Made by a program: the position numbers and the translations under genes. This document shows, piece by piece, positions 10,913 to 20,710 of a DNA stretch of 64,000 nucleotides. The stretch is from contig OY760937.1 in assembly GCA_963664225.1 (NCBI GenBank), positions 4,768,001 through 4,832,000 on the forward strand, written 5' to 3'. This DNA is from Verrucomicrobiia bacterium. Lineage in GTDB: Bacteria; Verrucomicrobiota; Verrucomicrobiia; Limisphaerales; UBA1319. Below the pieces are notes generated by a model, which did not search any database, was not told the origin of the DNA, and saw only the letters and a list, made by a program, of their open reading frames with translations. Each line of letters starts with the position of its first letter. Position 1 is the first letter of the stretch.

Positions 10913-13030
10913 CTATTTTCGTTCGATCAGGATGATGTCCGAGCTCTCTGTCCCCTCCAGGCGCGCAACGAGGCCGTTTTTCAAGAGAGCTTCACCGGCC
11001 AATTCTGCGCCCGCCACACTGCCATCCTCGCTCGTCACATTGTAGCGAGCGTCGGCGCGAAGACCTTCGAGCATAAACCGGTGCTCCTTTTCATCGGTCG
11101 TGCCACGGAATACAAACAGTGCTCCCTTCCCGGTGGATTCATCCCAATACTGGATACCATCCCAGTGCACACCATCGGGCCGGTCAGCGACGTGATGTAC
11201 ATCGGCATTGAGAATCAACGGACGCAACGCGGACTTGTAGAGCGCGAATTGGCGCTTGGCTGCGGTTCGCTGCTCAGGTGTCCACTTGGAGGTGTCGGTC
11301 ATGATGGTGCACCAACCCATCATTCCGCTACGCAGCATGTAAACGAAGTTGGCGAGGTTTTTGCCAGGATTGTTCGCGATATAGCATTCGCACTGCGCCG
11401 GAGGGAGAAGGAAGGAAGCGTCGTAAAAGGCCCGGCGGTTCGAGAGCGGATCGTAGGTGTCCGTGATGCTGATATAGTCCACCCGGCGAATGACGCCGAA
11501 ATCGACCATGCGCCCGCCATTGACGCAATCCTCAAACAGGAGTGCCGGATTCTCACGCCGAAGCGTGTCATAAATGCGGTAATAGGCTTCTGTGGCCCGG
11601 GCGGCAGCGTCAGTTCGTGAGGACGTGTGCAAATGGTTTGTACTCGAACAGGAATCGATAATCATGCGCTGGTCATGCTCCAGCAGGTCGAGCTTGTAGT
11701 CTTTAACCATCCGCCGCAGGGAATCCAGGCACCACTTCTCCGCGCGAGGATCGGCCAGGCAGACGGTTTCGCCTGTGAATTCACCGGGTTTCCAGTCAGA
11801 AGCGACCTTGCGGGTAAACCAGGCCTTCATTTCCGGATCGAAAACGCTCAGAGGCCGGTCGGGTCCGGTTTGATCGCGCTGGTTGCCCCCTTGAGTCCAC
11901 CCAACCCACAGACCGAATTTGAGCCCCATGGAGTGGGCGTAGTCGGCAATGGGAGCGAGTCCTTTTGGAAATTTTGTTGTTTCCGGGAACCAATCGCCGA
12001 CACCTCGAAACCAGCCAGCGTCGATGTGGAACATCTCCAAGCCCAAGTCCGCCGACTCGTCGATCATCGTTCGGGCCAGCTTTTCATCCACCGCCATTCC
12101 GCTTCCCCAACTATTGTTGACCAGCAAAGGATAGTGCTTGTCACGGGTTGGTGGACAAATGTTGGTCTTGATCCAGCGACGCATTTGGTTGCAGCCATCA
12201 TCCACTTCGCCCTGGTAGCAGCCGAGAAATACGGACGGGACACGCAGGGTTTGATCTGGCGCAATTCGTGCAAGGTAGCCTTCCTCAGGAGTCAGGCCCG
12301 CCTCGACATGCAGTTGAGATTGCTCGCGTTTGATCGCGATGCGCACACGACCACTCGACTCAATGCCCAAATACCAGCCGCACTTCCCCGCCGGATCCTG
12401 AATGGCAGTCCAGGGAATGGGCTCCTGCCTCTCATCGGGAGAATAGCCCGTGGAATCAAGCGTTTGGGTGTATCCATTGGTAACGTAATTATCGTAATGA
12501 ACGCCGACTTTTCCGGGCGTTCCTGCACCCTTCTCGATCCACCAATTCTCCAGAGTATGGCCATCAGGGGCGGCCACGCTGTCAAACACCAGCGAGGGTT
12601 GAAGGGGCAGTTGCACCTCCTGCGTGCCGCGATTCAAGATGCTCAACTCATGCTCAATGGGACCCGGACCTTTTGCGCCTTTCCAGACAGAGGTGAGTTC
12701 GAGCTTGGGTTCCTTGCAGCCAAAGACAAAGACATGGCCAAAGTAGGGGCCTGGCAAGTCGGCTTCGCGAATCAAACGCCATTCCAGGGAAAGCGTCTTT
12801 CCCGCAACCACGGCGGTTTGCACCAAAGGCATGATCCCAGCCCGGGCCGACGCAGGGGTCCACTCGGTTTTGCCTTTTGATCCGCTGAGGGAGACCACCT
12901 GGAGGGCTGAACCGGAAACCTCCAGACGCAAGGAGGTATCGGAGGTTTCGACGGTGGCGGCATTTGTAACACTGGCCATAATCGCAGCAGCCAGGATGGG
13001 GGAGCCAAGGAGGAGCAATCGTGTTTTCAT
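10913..13030 (-). CDS. GH36-like (alpha-galactosidase clan D) glycoside hydrolase, secreted
   Basis: VNNSW, HIDAGW, KFPKGL, GLKFGLWV and FEDCVNGGR motifs; C-terminal GH36C-like domain (LEGLRADARY). Confidence 0.75.
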   Translation of the reverse strand: MKTRLLLLGSPILAAAIMASVTNAATVETSDTSLRLEVSGSALQVVSLSGSKGKTEWTPASARAGIMPLVQTAVVAGKTLSLEWRLIREADLPGPYFGHVFVFGCKEPKLELTSVWKGAKGPGPIEHELSILNRGTQEVQLPLQPSLVFDSVAAPDGHTLENWWIEKGAGTPGKVGVHYDNYVTNGYTQTLDSTGYSPDERQEPIPWTAIQDPAGKCGWYLGIESSGRVRIAIKREQSQLHVEAGLTPEEGYLARIAPDQTLRVPSVFLGCYQGEVDDGCNQMRRWIKTNICPPTRDKHYPLLVNNSWGSGMAVDEKLARTMIDESADLGLEMFHIDAGWFRGVGDWFPETTKFPKGLAPIADYAHSMGLKFGLWVGWTQGGNQRDQTGPDRPLSVFDPEMKAWFTRKVASDWKPGEFTGETVCLADPRAEKWCLDSLRRMVKDYKLDLLEHDQRMIIDSCSSTNHLHTSSRTDAAARATEAYYRIYDTLRRENPALLFEDCVNGGRMVDFGVIRRVDYISITDTYDPLSNRRAFYDASFLLPPAQCECYIANNPGKNLANFVYMLRSGMMGWCTIMTDTSKWTPEQRTAAKRQFALYKSALRPLILNADVHHVADRPDGVHWDGIQYWDESTGKGALFVFRGTTDEKEHRFMLEGLRADARYNVTSEDGSVAGAELAGEALLKNGLVARLEGTESSDIILIERK

Positions 13031-13255
13031 GGTGTGAAGCCTAACTTAATGACAAGACCGGTCTTCGGCAATACTCGTTGACGTTTTTTTGGGATCGGGT
13101 TTGGCAAATGGCTGCCAAGTCCTGATAATGCAGCTTGGTTTCGGTGGTAAATCCCCGCGTGATGGGGCAAGGGATATGAAAAAAGGACCGCTTTTTGCAC
13201 CCGAAACCTCGCGGGAGATTTGTGCAAAAAGCGAACCGTTCGATCTGAAGAAAAT

Positions 13256-13330
13256 TGGCTCCAAAGGCAGGGCTCGAACCTGCAACCCATCGGTTAACAG
13301 CCGATTGCTCTACCATTGAGCTACTTTGGA
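13256..13330 (-). tRNA. tRNA-Asn (GTT)
   Basis: Reverse complement TCCAAAGTAGCTCAATGGTAGAGCAATCGGCTGTTAACCGATGGGTTGCAGGTTCGAGCCCTGCCTTTGGAGCCA forms a cloverleaf with GTT anticodon, GGTTCGA T-loop and encoded CCA. Confidence 0.97.
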
Positions 13331-13346
13331 ACCCAAGAGCGGGGAC

Positions 13347-13376
13347 AATCTACACAAGGCCCCATCGGGTCGTCAA
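13347..13376 (-). promoter_or_regulatory. Sigma70-type promoter of tRNA-Asn
   Basis: TTGACG-N18-TAGATT with an extended -10 TG, just upstream of the tRNA. Confidence 0.55.
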
Positions 13377-13602
13377 CACCCTTGTGCCTTTTTTTATGCT
13401 CTTGGTGCGGTCTTGTGAGTCAAGCCGGTGCGGGCAGGCCGGTTTGGCGAATCAGATGTGCCGGCAGACGCACACTTTTCAGGGAGGCGCGTTTATCGTT
13501 AGCTTTGGGCGCACGATACCGCAGCGGCCTGATGGGTAATGGATTATGCATCCGGACACAGGTAATCGATTTGGAGACGGAAAGCCGTTTGGGAATATCC
13601 GT

Positions 13603-13630
13603 TTGCATTTTATGCGGGGTTAAATAAACT
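13603..13630 (+). promoter_or_regulatory. Candidate sigma70 promoter of the ABC/SPFH/P-ATPase operon
   Basis: TTGCAT-N16-TAAACT ending 20 bp before the ATG at 13650. Confidence 0.4.
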
Positions 13631-13649
13631 GACAGATTCAAATTAGGAA

Positions 13650-14612
13650 ATGCGACAGTTTGCAACCATAGCAACCAACGCCTTCATGGAGTTGGTGAGA
13701 CAGCCGGTGTATCTGCTTCTAATGAGCAGTTCAGCGGTCTTCATGGTTTTTCTGGCGTGCGTTCCCTATTTTGGCTTTGGGGACGACCCAAAGATGCTCA
13801 AGGACACCGAATTGGCGGTGATGCTGCTGGCGGGCCTCTTTGGCGCGGTAATCAGCGCCGCGGCCTCCGTGGCGCATGAAATCCGTTCCGGAACGGCTCT
13901 GGCGGTTTTGTCCAAACCGGTTCGGCGGGGCCAATTTCTGCTGGCGAAATTTGCCGGAGTGGCCGCGGCATTGTCCTTGATGACTTATGTGAACGCGGTG
14001 ATGGCTTTGCTTGCGAGCCGGATGGCCTATGACGCCTATTCGGGGGTGGACACAGCGGCGCTGGGGATTTTTTCAGCGGCGGTGGTTGTCGCGTATGCCA
14101 TCGGGGGGTTCAGTAACTTTTTTCTGAAACGGCAGTTTGTGGCGGACGCGGTTTTCAGTCTTGTGGTGATGTTGACCATAGCGTTTGTCGTGATTACGAC
14201 CATGACGTCCCATAAGGAAAGTTTGAGCACGATCTCCAAAGTGGACTGGCGCCTGGTGCCCGCCTCGGTGTTGATATTGTTTGCCTTGTGGATTTTTGCG
14301 GGGCTGGCCATCGCTTGCTCCACGCGTTTTGAAATGATTCCGACGCTGGCGATTTGCAGTGCGCTTTTTCTGTTGGGGCTGATGTCGGATTACCTTTTTG
14401 GTCGGCCTTTGCAGAATGGGTCGATGTGGGCGGCGGTGCCTTATACCTTGTTGCCGAACTGGCAGTTGTTTTGGATGGCGGATACGATGGAACCTGGCAA
14501 GGCGGGGGTTCCCTTGTCGTATCTGGCGCAGGCACTGGGATATGTGGCCGGCTATTTGGGCGCCACACTGGCGGTGGCGCTGGCGTTGTTTGAGGATCGG
14601 GAGTTGAGCTGA
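13650..14612 (+). CDS. ABC-2 type transporter permease (PilI/XapB/NosY-like)
   Basis: Multi-TM protein with motif HEIRSGTALAVLSKPVRRGQFLLAKFAG and C-terminal LFEDREL. Confidence 0.8.
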   Translation: MRQFATIATNAFMELVRQPVYLLLMSSSAVFMVFLACVPYFGFGDDPKMLKDTELAVMLLAGLFGAVISAAASVAHEIRSGTALAVLSKPVRRGQFLLAKFAGVAAALSLMTYVNAVMALLASRMAYDAYSGVDTAALGIFSAAVVVAYAIGGFSNFFLKRQFVADAVFSLVVMLTIAFVVITTMTSHKESLSTISKVDWRLVPASVLILFALWIFAGLAIACSTRFEMIPTLAICSALFLLGLMSDYLFGRPLQNGSMWAAVPYTLLPNWQLFWMADTMEPGKAGVPLSYLAQALGYVAGYLGATLAVALALFEDRELS

Positions 14613-14614
14613 TT

Positions 14615-16495
14615 ATGGATCGAGACCGGAACATACAAAGTTTGGGTTTGGGAAACCTGTTTTTGCTGCTGTTTATCGGCGGGGCGACGCAAATGCTGGC
14701 GCTCTATGCCTCTTCGGCGACGGGGCAGGTCGGCGTTGTATTCCTTGCCATGGGCGTGCTGGTGGCGGCGGTGAGCGCCTTCCAGATGCGACTCAAAGCA
14801 CGGGAGAAGATCGAGCAGCTTGAATACGATGAGTTGAAGAAATCGGCCTCGGCTTCCGCGTTGTTTTCCCAGGAGGCGGACACCTTTCCGGCGCGGCGTT
14901 CCCGCGAGCAGTTCGACAAATGGTTTGTCCCCGGTTTTACGATTATATTGTGCGTCCTACAGGGGCTGGGGGCTTTTTTACTGTGGAAGTGGCTTGACCG
15001 TGATCAGGGTTTGAATACGGGCCGGGGAACGATAGCGCTGGCTTTGGCGTCACTTTTTTCGCTGATTTTTTTCATGCGGGGCAAATACGTGGCCGGTATA
15101 GCGCGTTTGGAAAATCATCGTCTGCTGCGGCCTGCCGCCAGTTATTTGCTGCTCGGATCGCTGATGACCCTGTTAATGGCGTTGGCGGAGGCAGTGGGTT
15201 ACTTCTCCTACCCGCATATTGACGTTATCGTGGCGCGCGTTCTGTGCGTGGTGCTGGGGTTTGTCGCTTTGGAGACGCTCATCACCCTGATTCTGGAAAT
15301 TTACCGCCCGCGCCTGAAAGGGCAGGCGGCGCGTCTGCTCTACGAGAGCCGTCTGATCGGACTTCTGGGTCAGCCTGGCGGGCTGATCACGACTGCGGCA
15401 CAAGCGCTGGATTACCAATTTGGATTCAAGGTTTCCGAGACGTGGTTTTATCGATTTGCGGAAAAGGCGCTGGCCTGGCTGGTTTTGTTGCAGTTGGGTG
15501 TGTTGCTGTTGTCCACTTGCGTGGTGGTGATCGAGGCGCCGGAGCAGGGTTTGCTCGAGCGCTGGGGACGCCCTGTGGCCGGGCGTGAAATTTTGGAGCC
15601 GGGCCTTCATCTCAAGTGGCCCTGGCCGGTGGACAAGGTTCACCGCTACCGGAGTCGCGAGGTTCACACTTTCTATCTTGGATTTGTTCCGGATCCGGAC
15701 GCGGACAGGGAAAAGGTCCTGGTCTGGACCAAGTCGCACTTCAAGGAAGAATATAACATGCTGGTGGCAAGCCGGGAGCAGGGTTATCTGGATCCGTCGA
15801 GCGCCGCGGGTGGCGAGCAGGTGGTGCCGGTGAATTTGATCTCCGTGAACATTCCCGTCCAATATCGGATCAAGGATTTGCATGCGTATGTTTACAAACA
15901 TAGCGAAGCCAACAATCTGTTGGAACTGTTGGCCAACCGCGCGTTGTCCCACTATTTGGTGAATGTCGATATTGACGACGTCATGGGCGCGGGACGGCTG
16001 GCTGCGGCGAAGAAATTGCGCGAGGAGATTCAGAAAACCGCGGACGAAAACGAGTTGGGCGTCGAAGTCATTTTCGTTGGGTTGCAGGGGATACATCCGC
16101 CTGTCAAAGTGGCGCCCGATTATGAAGCGGTGATCGGCGCGTTCCAGGAAAAGCAATCAAACATCCTGTCCGCCCAGGCGTATTGGGCGGAAAAGATACC
16201 GCAGGCGCACGCGGAGGCCTCGAACACCGTGCTCACAGCCTGGAGCGACAGCTATTCAAAGGTCACGATCGCGCAGGCTGAAGCCGCCCAATACACAAAC
16301 CAACTGGCCGCTTATGACGCTTCGCCTTCGGTTTACAAGGAGCGTTCCTATTTGGAAACCCTGGTTCGTGCCGTCGGGCCCGCCCGCAAATACGTCCTGG
16401 GGGTCACCAATACCCATGACATCATCTGGCTGAACCTCGAAGATAAAATCCGCAGTGACCTGCTGGATGTGCCGCTGCCCACTGGAAAAAAATAA
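14615..16495 (+). CDS. SPFH (HflK-like) protein with a long multi-TM N-terminal extension
   Basis: About 300 aa hydrophobic N-terminal region, then EQGLLERWGRP..LEPGLHLKWPWPVDKV, VQYRIKD and LGVEVIFVGLQGIHPP, plus a coiled-coil tail. Confidence 0.85.
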   Translation: MDRDRNIQSLGLGNLFLLLFIGGATQMLALYASSATGQVGVVFLAMGVLVAAVSAFQMRLKAREKIEQLEYDELKKSASASALFSQEADTFPARRSREQFDKWFVPGFTIILCVLQGLGAFLLWKWLDRDQGLNTGRGTIALALASLFSLIFFMRGKYVAGIARLENHRLLRPAASYLLLGSLMTLLMALAEAVGYFSYPHIDVIVARVLCVVLGFVALETLITLILEIYRPRLKGQAARLLYESRLIGLLGQPGGLITTAAQALDYQFGFKVSETWFYRFAEKALAWLVLLQLGVLLLSTCVVVIEAPEQGLLERWGRPVAGREILEPGLHLKWPWPVDKVHRYRSREVHTFYLGFVPDPDADREKVLVWTKSHFKEEYNMLVASREQGYLDPSSAAGGEQVVPVNLISVNIPVQYRIKDLHAYVYKHSEANNLLELLANRALSHYLVNVDIDDVMGAGRLAAAKKLREEIQKTADENELGVEVIFVGLQGIHPPVKVAPDYEAVIGAFQEKQSNILSAQAYWAEKIPQAHAEASNTVLTAWSDSYSKVTIAQAEAAQYTNQLAAYDASPSVYKERSYLETLVRAVGPARKYVLGVTNTHDIIWLNLEDKIRSDLLDVPLPTGKK

Positions 16496-16525
16496 TTTCG
16501 TCCCTAATCAGACACTGTTGAGACT

Positions 16526-17431
16526 ATGAAGAAAAATCCCATCACGTTTGTAACCGCCGCCGTGCTGGCCGTGATTTTTGGCCTGATGCTGTTCACCTTT
16601 CAAGTGCGCCAGACCGAGATTGCGGTGTTGACCACATTCGATAAATACTCCCGGAGCATCAGCGACCCGGGCTTCAACTGGAGGCTGCCATGGCCGATTC
16701 AAAAGGTTTATCGCTTCGATAACCGCGTGCAAAATTTCGAGCGTAAATTCGAGCAGACCACGACCCGGGACGGCATCAACGTGTTGATCACGGTCTTTGC
16801 CGGGTGGCAGATCGCCGACCCCCGGAATTTCCTGGAGAGTTTCAGCGGGGATTCCCTGAAGGCGGAGCAGGCGCTGGAACCGCTGGTGCGGACCATGAAG
16901 ACAGGGGTGCTTGGCCAGCACGCGTTTGGAGACCTGATTTCGACGAATGCCTCGGAATTGAAGTTCGACATCATCGAAGAGGAGATGCTTGCGAACATCA
17001 AAGACCAGGCGCGAAAGAATTACGGCATCGATGTGCGATTCGTGCGCATCAAGCAGTTGGGCCTGCCGGAGAGCATCACGACGAAGGTGTTCTCGCGCAT
17101 GAAAGCGGAACGTCAGACCCAGGTCACGCGGTTTTTGTCCGAAGGCGAACGGGAGGCCAAGATCACCCGGGCCAAGGCGGACAGCACGGCCAACCAGATC
17201 CTTTCGGATGCGCGCGCCTCCGCAATACAAATCACAGGCCAGGCGGAGGCCAAGGCTTCGGAATACTACAAGGTGCTCCAGCAAAATCCTGAACTTGCCA
17301 ATTTCTTATTCCAGCGCAACGCCCTGGAGGCATCGCTTAAGGATCGCGCCACGCTGATTCTGGACCAGCAGACCCCTCCGTTTAACATGTTGGGTGGCGT
17401 GGTAAAACCGGCCTCCAGCAAAGCTCAATAA
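16526..17431 (+). CDS. hflC: Protease modulator HflC-like SPFH protein
   Basis: Single N-terminal TM; PGFNWRLPWPIQKV, YGIDVRFVRIKQLGLP and VFSRMKAER...SEGEREA motifs. Confidence 0.85.
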   Translation: MKKNPITFVTAAVLAVIFGLMLFTFQVRQTEIAVLTTFDKYSRSISDPGFNWRLPWPIQKVYRFDNRVQNFERKFEQTTTRDGINVLITVFAGWQIADPRNFLESFSGDSLKAEQALEPLVRTMKTGVLGQHAFGDLISTNASELKFDIIEEEMLANIKDQARKNYGIDVRFVRIKQLGLPESITTKVFSRMKAERQTQVTRFLSEGEREAKITRAKADSTANQILSDARASAIQITGQAEAKASEYYKVLQQNPELANFLFQRNALEASLKDRATLILDQQTPPFNMLGGVVKPASSKAQ

Positions 17432-17438
17432 TCGCGCG

Positions 17439-18557
17439 ATGAATCCGGATCAACACTCTCACCATTCGAAGCCGGAGGCGGTGGCTCCTGTCGCGCACGC
17501 GCATGAGCACGAAGCCCCGGCGCCGGCGGAAGATGCCGCAACGCGGGCACTGGCCGAGGCCCTTGGCAGCAGCTTCAAAATTGTCAAACTGCTGATGTTT
17601 GCGCTGGTGGTCGTATTCATAGGGTCGGGCATTTTTACGGTCAATCCCGGCGAGGTGGCGGTGATCCTGCGCTTCGGACGGCCCGTGGGCGTGGGCGCGG
17701 ATCAGATGCTCAAACCGGGACTGCATTGGGCCTTTCCCTATCCGATCGATGAGGTGATGAAGATCGCCGTGGGCCAGAGCCGGACGGTGGTGGGCCGCGC
17801 CCCATGGGCGCCGGATCTTGACAATCCCAACGCCGTGTCGATGGGGCCGGTTTTGAGGCCGGGAATTGACGGGTGCGCATTGACGGGGGATGGAAACATC
17901 ATTCACGCGCGCGCCACGCTCAAATACCGGCTGCAACCGACCGGGATATTGAATTACGCCTTCAACTACACCGATGTCACCAACCTGCTTGAGAACGTCT
18001 TGAATAATTCCCTTTATTACGCCGCCACTCATTTCACAGCGGAGGAGGCGATATTCCGTGACAAGGTGGCCTTCATGGATCTGGTGCATAAAAGGCTCTC
18101 GCAATTGATCGATGAGACGGGCGTGGGCGTGGCGATTGAATCGCTGGATGTGGAAACCAGCGCGCCGCTGGACGTGCGCGCCGCCTTTAACGCGGTGCTT
18201 GAGGCCCAGCAAATGTCCCGCACCCGCATCAGCGAGTCCGAGACGTATGCCCGCAGCACCACCAATGCAGCCCTGGGCCAGGCCTCCGTGGTCTGGAATG
18301 ACGGCATTACGCGCAGCAATCAGCTTGTGCGAACCGTGGATGCCGAGGCCAAATCGTTCAGTGACCAACTCCCGTATTTCGAGGCGAATCCGGATTTGTT
18401 CAAGCAACGGCTTCTTGCGGCAACAATGCAGCGGGTTCTGACGAACGCGCAGGACAAGTTCTTTATTCCAAACCGGGCCGATGGGAACACGCGCGAGCTG
18501 CGACTCCAGTTGAATCGCGAGCCTCAAAAATCCAGGAGTGAAACCTCCGCCCCGTAG
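17439..18557 (+). CDS. hflK: Protease modulator HflK-like SPFH protein with His-rich N-terminus
   Basis: VILRFGRP, PGLHWAFPYPIDEV, LTGDGNIIH and VRAAFNAVLEAQQ motifs; N-terminus HSHHS...HAHEHE. Confidence 0.8.
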   Translation: MNPDQHSHHSKPEAVAPVAHAHEHEAPAPAEDAATRALAEALGSSFKIVKLLMFALVVVFIGSGIFTVNPGEVAVILRFGRPVGVGADQMLKPGLHWAFPYPIDEVMKIAVGQSRTVVGRAPWAPDLDNPNAVSMGPVLRPGIDGCALTGDGNIIHARATLKYRLQPTGILNYAFNYTDVTNLLENVLNNSLYYAATHFTAEEAIFRDKVAFMDLVHKRLSQLIDETGVGVAIESLDVETSAPLDVRAAFNAVLEAQQMSRTRISESETYARSTTNAALGQASVVWNDGITRSNQLVRTVDAEAKSFSDQLPYFEANPDLFKQRLLAATMQRVLTNAQDKFFIPNRADGNTRELRLQLNREPQKSRSETSAP

Positions 18558-18574
18558 TATATTACAGGCATGTT

Positions 18575-20629
18575 ATGCAGGTAACTTCATTAATCAGTCG
18601 GGAAAAAGAGGCGTGCTGCGATCACGACCACGATCACGATCACGACCAAGGGCATGATCATCACCACGATCATGATCACTCAGGTCACGATCACGAGCAC
18701 ACGCCGGTCCATCTTTGGCAGACCATCATCGGTTTGATTCTGGTGATTAACTCCTTTGTGGTGGAGTGGGTTTTTGGCAAGGACAGCGGTGTCGCGGGAT
18801 TGAGCGCGATGGTGGGCACCATTATTCTCGGGTACCCGATCGTGCTCACCTCGATCAAAGATCTCCGAAAAGGGGTTTTGAGCATCAACGAACTGGTCAC
18901 CATCGCGGTTCTGGCGGCCTTTGCCTCGGGGAATTACCAGACGGCGGGTGTGGTCGCCTTTTTCATGCTTTTGGGCGAGATCATCGAAACACGCACGGCG
19001 GACGGGGCGCGGGCGTCCATCGAGTCGCTGATCAAACTCACACCAACCAAGGCTCGACGCATCAAGGGTTCGGCTGAGGAGGAAGTGGCGGCGAAGGATC
19101 TTGCGGTGGGCGATTTGATTCGAGTGCGGCCCGGAGACAATATCGCGGCTGACGGTGTCATTGCATCTGGGCAGGGTTCCTTCAACCAGGCCAATATCAC
19201 GGGGGAATCGCTTCCGGTGGATAAGAAGCCCGGGGACGATGTGTTTGCCGGCACCATCAATCTGACCGGCGTCATCGAGATCAAGGTCACTCGCGCCGGT
19301 GAGGATACGACACTGGGCCGGGTCCGGGATTTGATCCTGGCGGCGGAAAAAACGAAGTTGCCGATCATGCGCATCATCGACCAGTACATGGGCTACTACA
19401 CGCCCCTGGTGCTGGTGTTGGCGGCCATGGTCTGGGCCTTTACAAAGGATTTGAACAGCGTGATCTCCGTGCTGATCGTTTCCTGCCCGTGCGCCTTTAT
19501 TCTGGCGACACCGACGGCGATGGTGGCCGCGTTGTCCGTGGCGGCCCGATTGGGCATATTGATCAAAAACGTCAGCGACATCGAAATGGCGGCCCGGATC
19601 AACGCCTTTATTTTTGACAAGACAGGCACGCTGACCACGGGAAATCTGGTCGTGAGCCGGTTGGCGCCATTGAACGATACAACGCCGGCGGAATTATTGC
19701 GCGTGGCGGCATCGGCCGAGCGATACAGTAACCATCCGACGGCGAAAGCGCTGACCCAACTTGCTGGCGAGGCATCCGTACCCCTGGCCGAGCCGAAGGA
19801 TTTTGCGGAAACAGCCGGGCGCGGCATTCGGGCGCAAGTCGAGGGACGCACCGTTTTGGCCGGGCGCGCCCAGTGGCTCAAGGACAATGGGGTGGGCGGG
19901 GACTTTCTCAAGGCAGTGGATATCAACGAAACCGAGGGGTTCAGCCTCATTTTTGTCGCGCGCGACGGTCATTGCATCGGCTGGGTGGGACTCCAGGACG
20001 CCACGCGGGCGGAAGCTCGTGAATCGCTGGCGGCGCTCACGGAATGCGGTGTGCGGCGGATCGCCATGGTGACCGGGGATCGCCAGCCGGTGGCCGCCCG
20101 TGTCGCGCGTGAGATTGGCTGCGAAGAAGTGGCGGCGGAATGTCTGCCGCAGAATAAGGTGGAATTTGTGCGTCAAATGAAGGCGCGCGGATATCGCGTG
20201 GCTGTGGTGGGTGATGGTGTGAACGACGCCCCGGCGCTGGCTGCGGGCGACATGGGCATTGCCATGGGCGCGGCGGGCAGCGAGGTGGCCATCCACAGCG
20301 CGACGATTGCCCTGATGAACAACGATCTGCGGCGGCTCCCGTTTTTGATCAAGCTTTCGCGCAGCACGCGTTCAGTGATCAATCAGAACTTCATTTTTGG
20401 AGTGTTTTTCATTCTTGGCGGATGGACGCTTTCCTCGTTTGGATTGCTGCATCCGATCGTGGCGGCCATGCTGCACAATGTGGGATCGCTGGTGGTGGTG
20501 TTCAACAGCGCGCGCCTGGTGCGCCAGGGCGAGGAGTTGGACCCCTTCCAGGGGGTGCGTCGGCAGGCGGCACGTGATGCGGCGTCAGAACTGGCGGCCA
20601 AACCGGCGGTGAGCGGCGCATCCGTATAA
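18575..20629 (+). CDS. Heavy-metal translocating P1B-type ATPase
   Basis: His/Asp-rich N-terminus, TGES, TM motif SCPC, DKTGT, HP, TGD and GDGVNDAPAL. Confidence 0.95.
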   Translation: MQVTSLISREKEACCDHDHDHDHDQGHDHHHDHDHSGHDHEHTPVHLWQTIIGLILVINSFVVEWVFGKDSGVAGLSAMVGTIILGYPIVLTSIKDLRKGVLSINELVTIAVLAAFASGNYQTAGVVAFFMLLGEIIETRTADGARASIESLIKLTPTKARRIKGSAEEEVAAKDLAVGDLIRVRPGDNIAADGVIASGQGSFNQANITGESLPVDKKPGDDVFAGTINLTGVIEIKVTRAGEDTTLGRVRDLILAAEKTKLPIMRIIDQYMGYYTPLVLVLAAMVWAFTKDLNSVISVLIVSCPCAFILATPTAMVAALSVAARLGILIKNVSDIEMAARINAFIFDKTGTLTTGNLVVSRLAPLNDTTPAELLRVAASAERYSNHPTAKALTQLAGEASVPLAEPKDFAETAGRGIRAQVEGRTVLAGRAQWLKDNGVGGDFLKAVDINETEGFSLIFVARDGHCIGWVGLQDATRAEARESLAALTECGVRRIAMVTGDRQPVAARVAREIGCEEVAAECLPQNKVEFVRQMKARGYRVAVVGDGVNDAPALAAGDMGIAMGAAGSEVAIHSATIALMNNDLRRLPFLIKLSRSTRSVINQNFIFGVFFILGGWTLSSFGLLHPIVAAMLHNVGSLVVVFNSARLVRQGEELDPFQGVRRQAARDAASELAAKPAVSGASV
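18614..18700 (+). repeat. Imperfect GAYCAY hexamer repeats encoding CCDHDHDHDHDQGHDHHHDHDHSGHDHEH
   Basis: gatcacgaccacgatcacgatcacgac... read directly from the sequence. Confidence 0.8.
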
Positions 20630-20710
20630 TACAATGATGAAACCTGACGCCACACTATTGACGGTCATGGATGTGCGATTCCGGACATCGACAACGCGGA
20701 GGATTCAACC

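Noticed and set aside
11627..12880. Long antisense ORFs (also 17382..18527, 15173..16156, 54018..55172, 59433..60434, 26802..27680)
   Set aside because: They lie opposite well-supported genes and show no motifs; typical shadow ORFs of GC-rich coding sequence.
8137..13330. tRNA-Asn as integration site of a glycosidase island
   Set aside because: No integrase and no duplicated tRNA 3' end were seen in the window.
18614..18700. Short repeat array as CRISPR or contingency locus
   Set aside because: In-frame degenerate hexamers encoding a His/Asp tract; no spacers and no cas genes.
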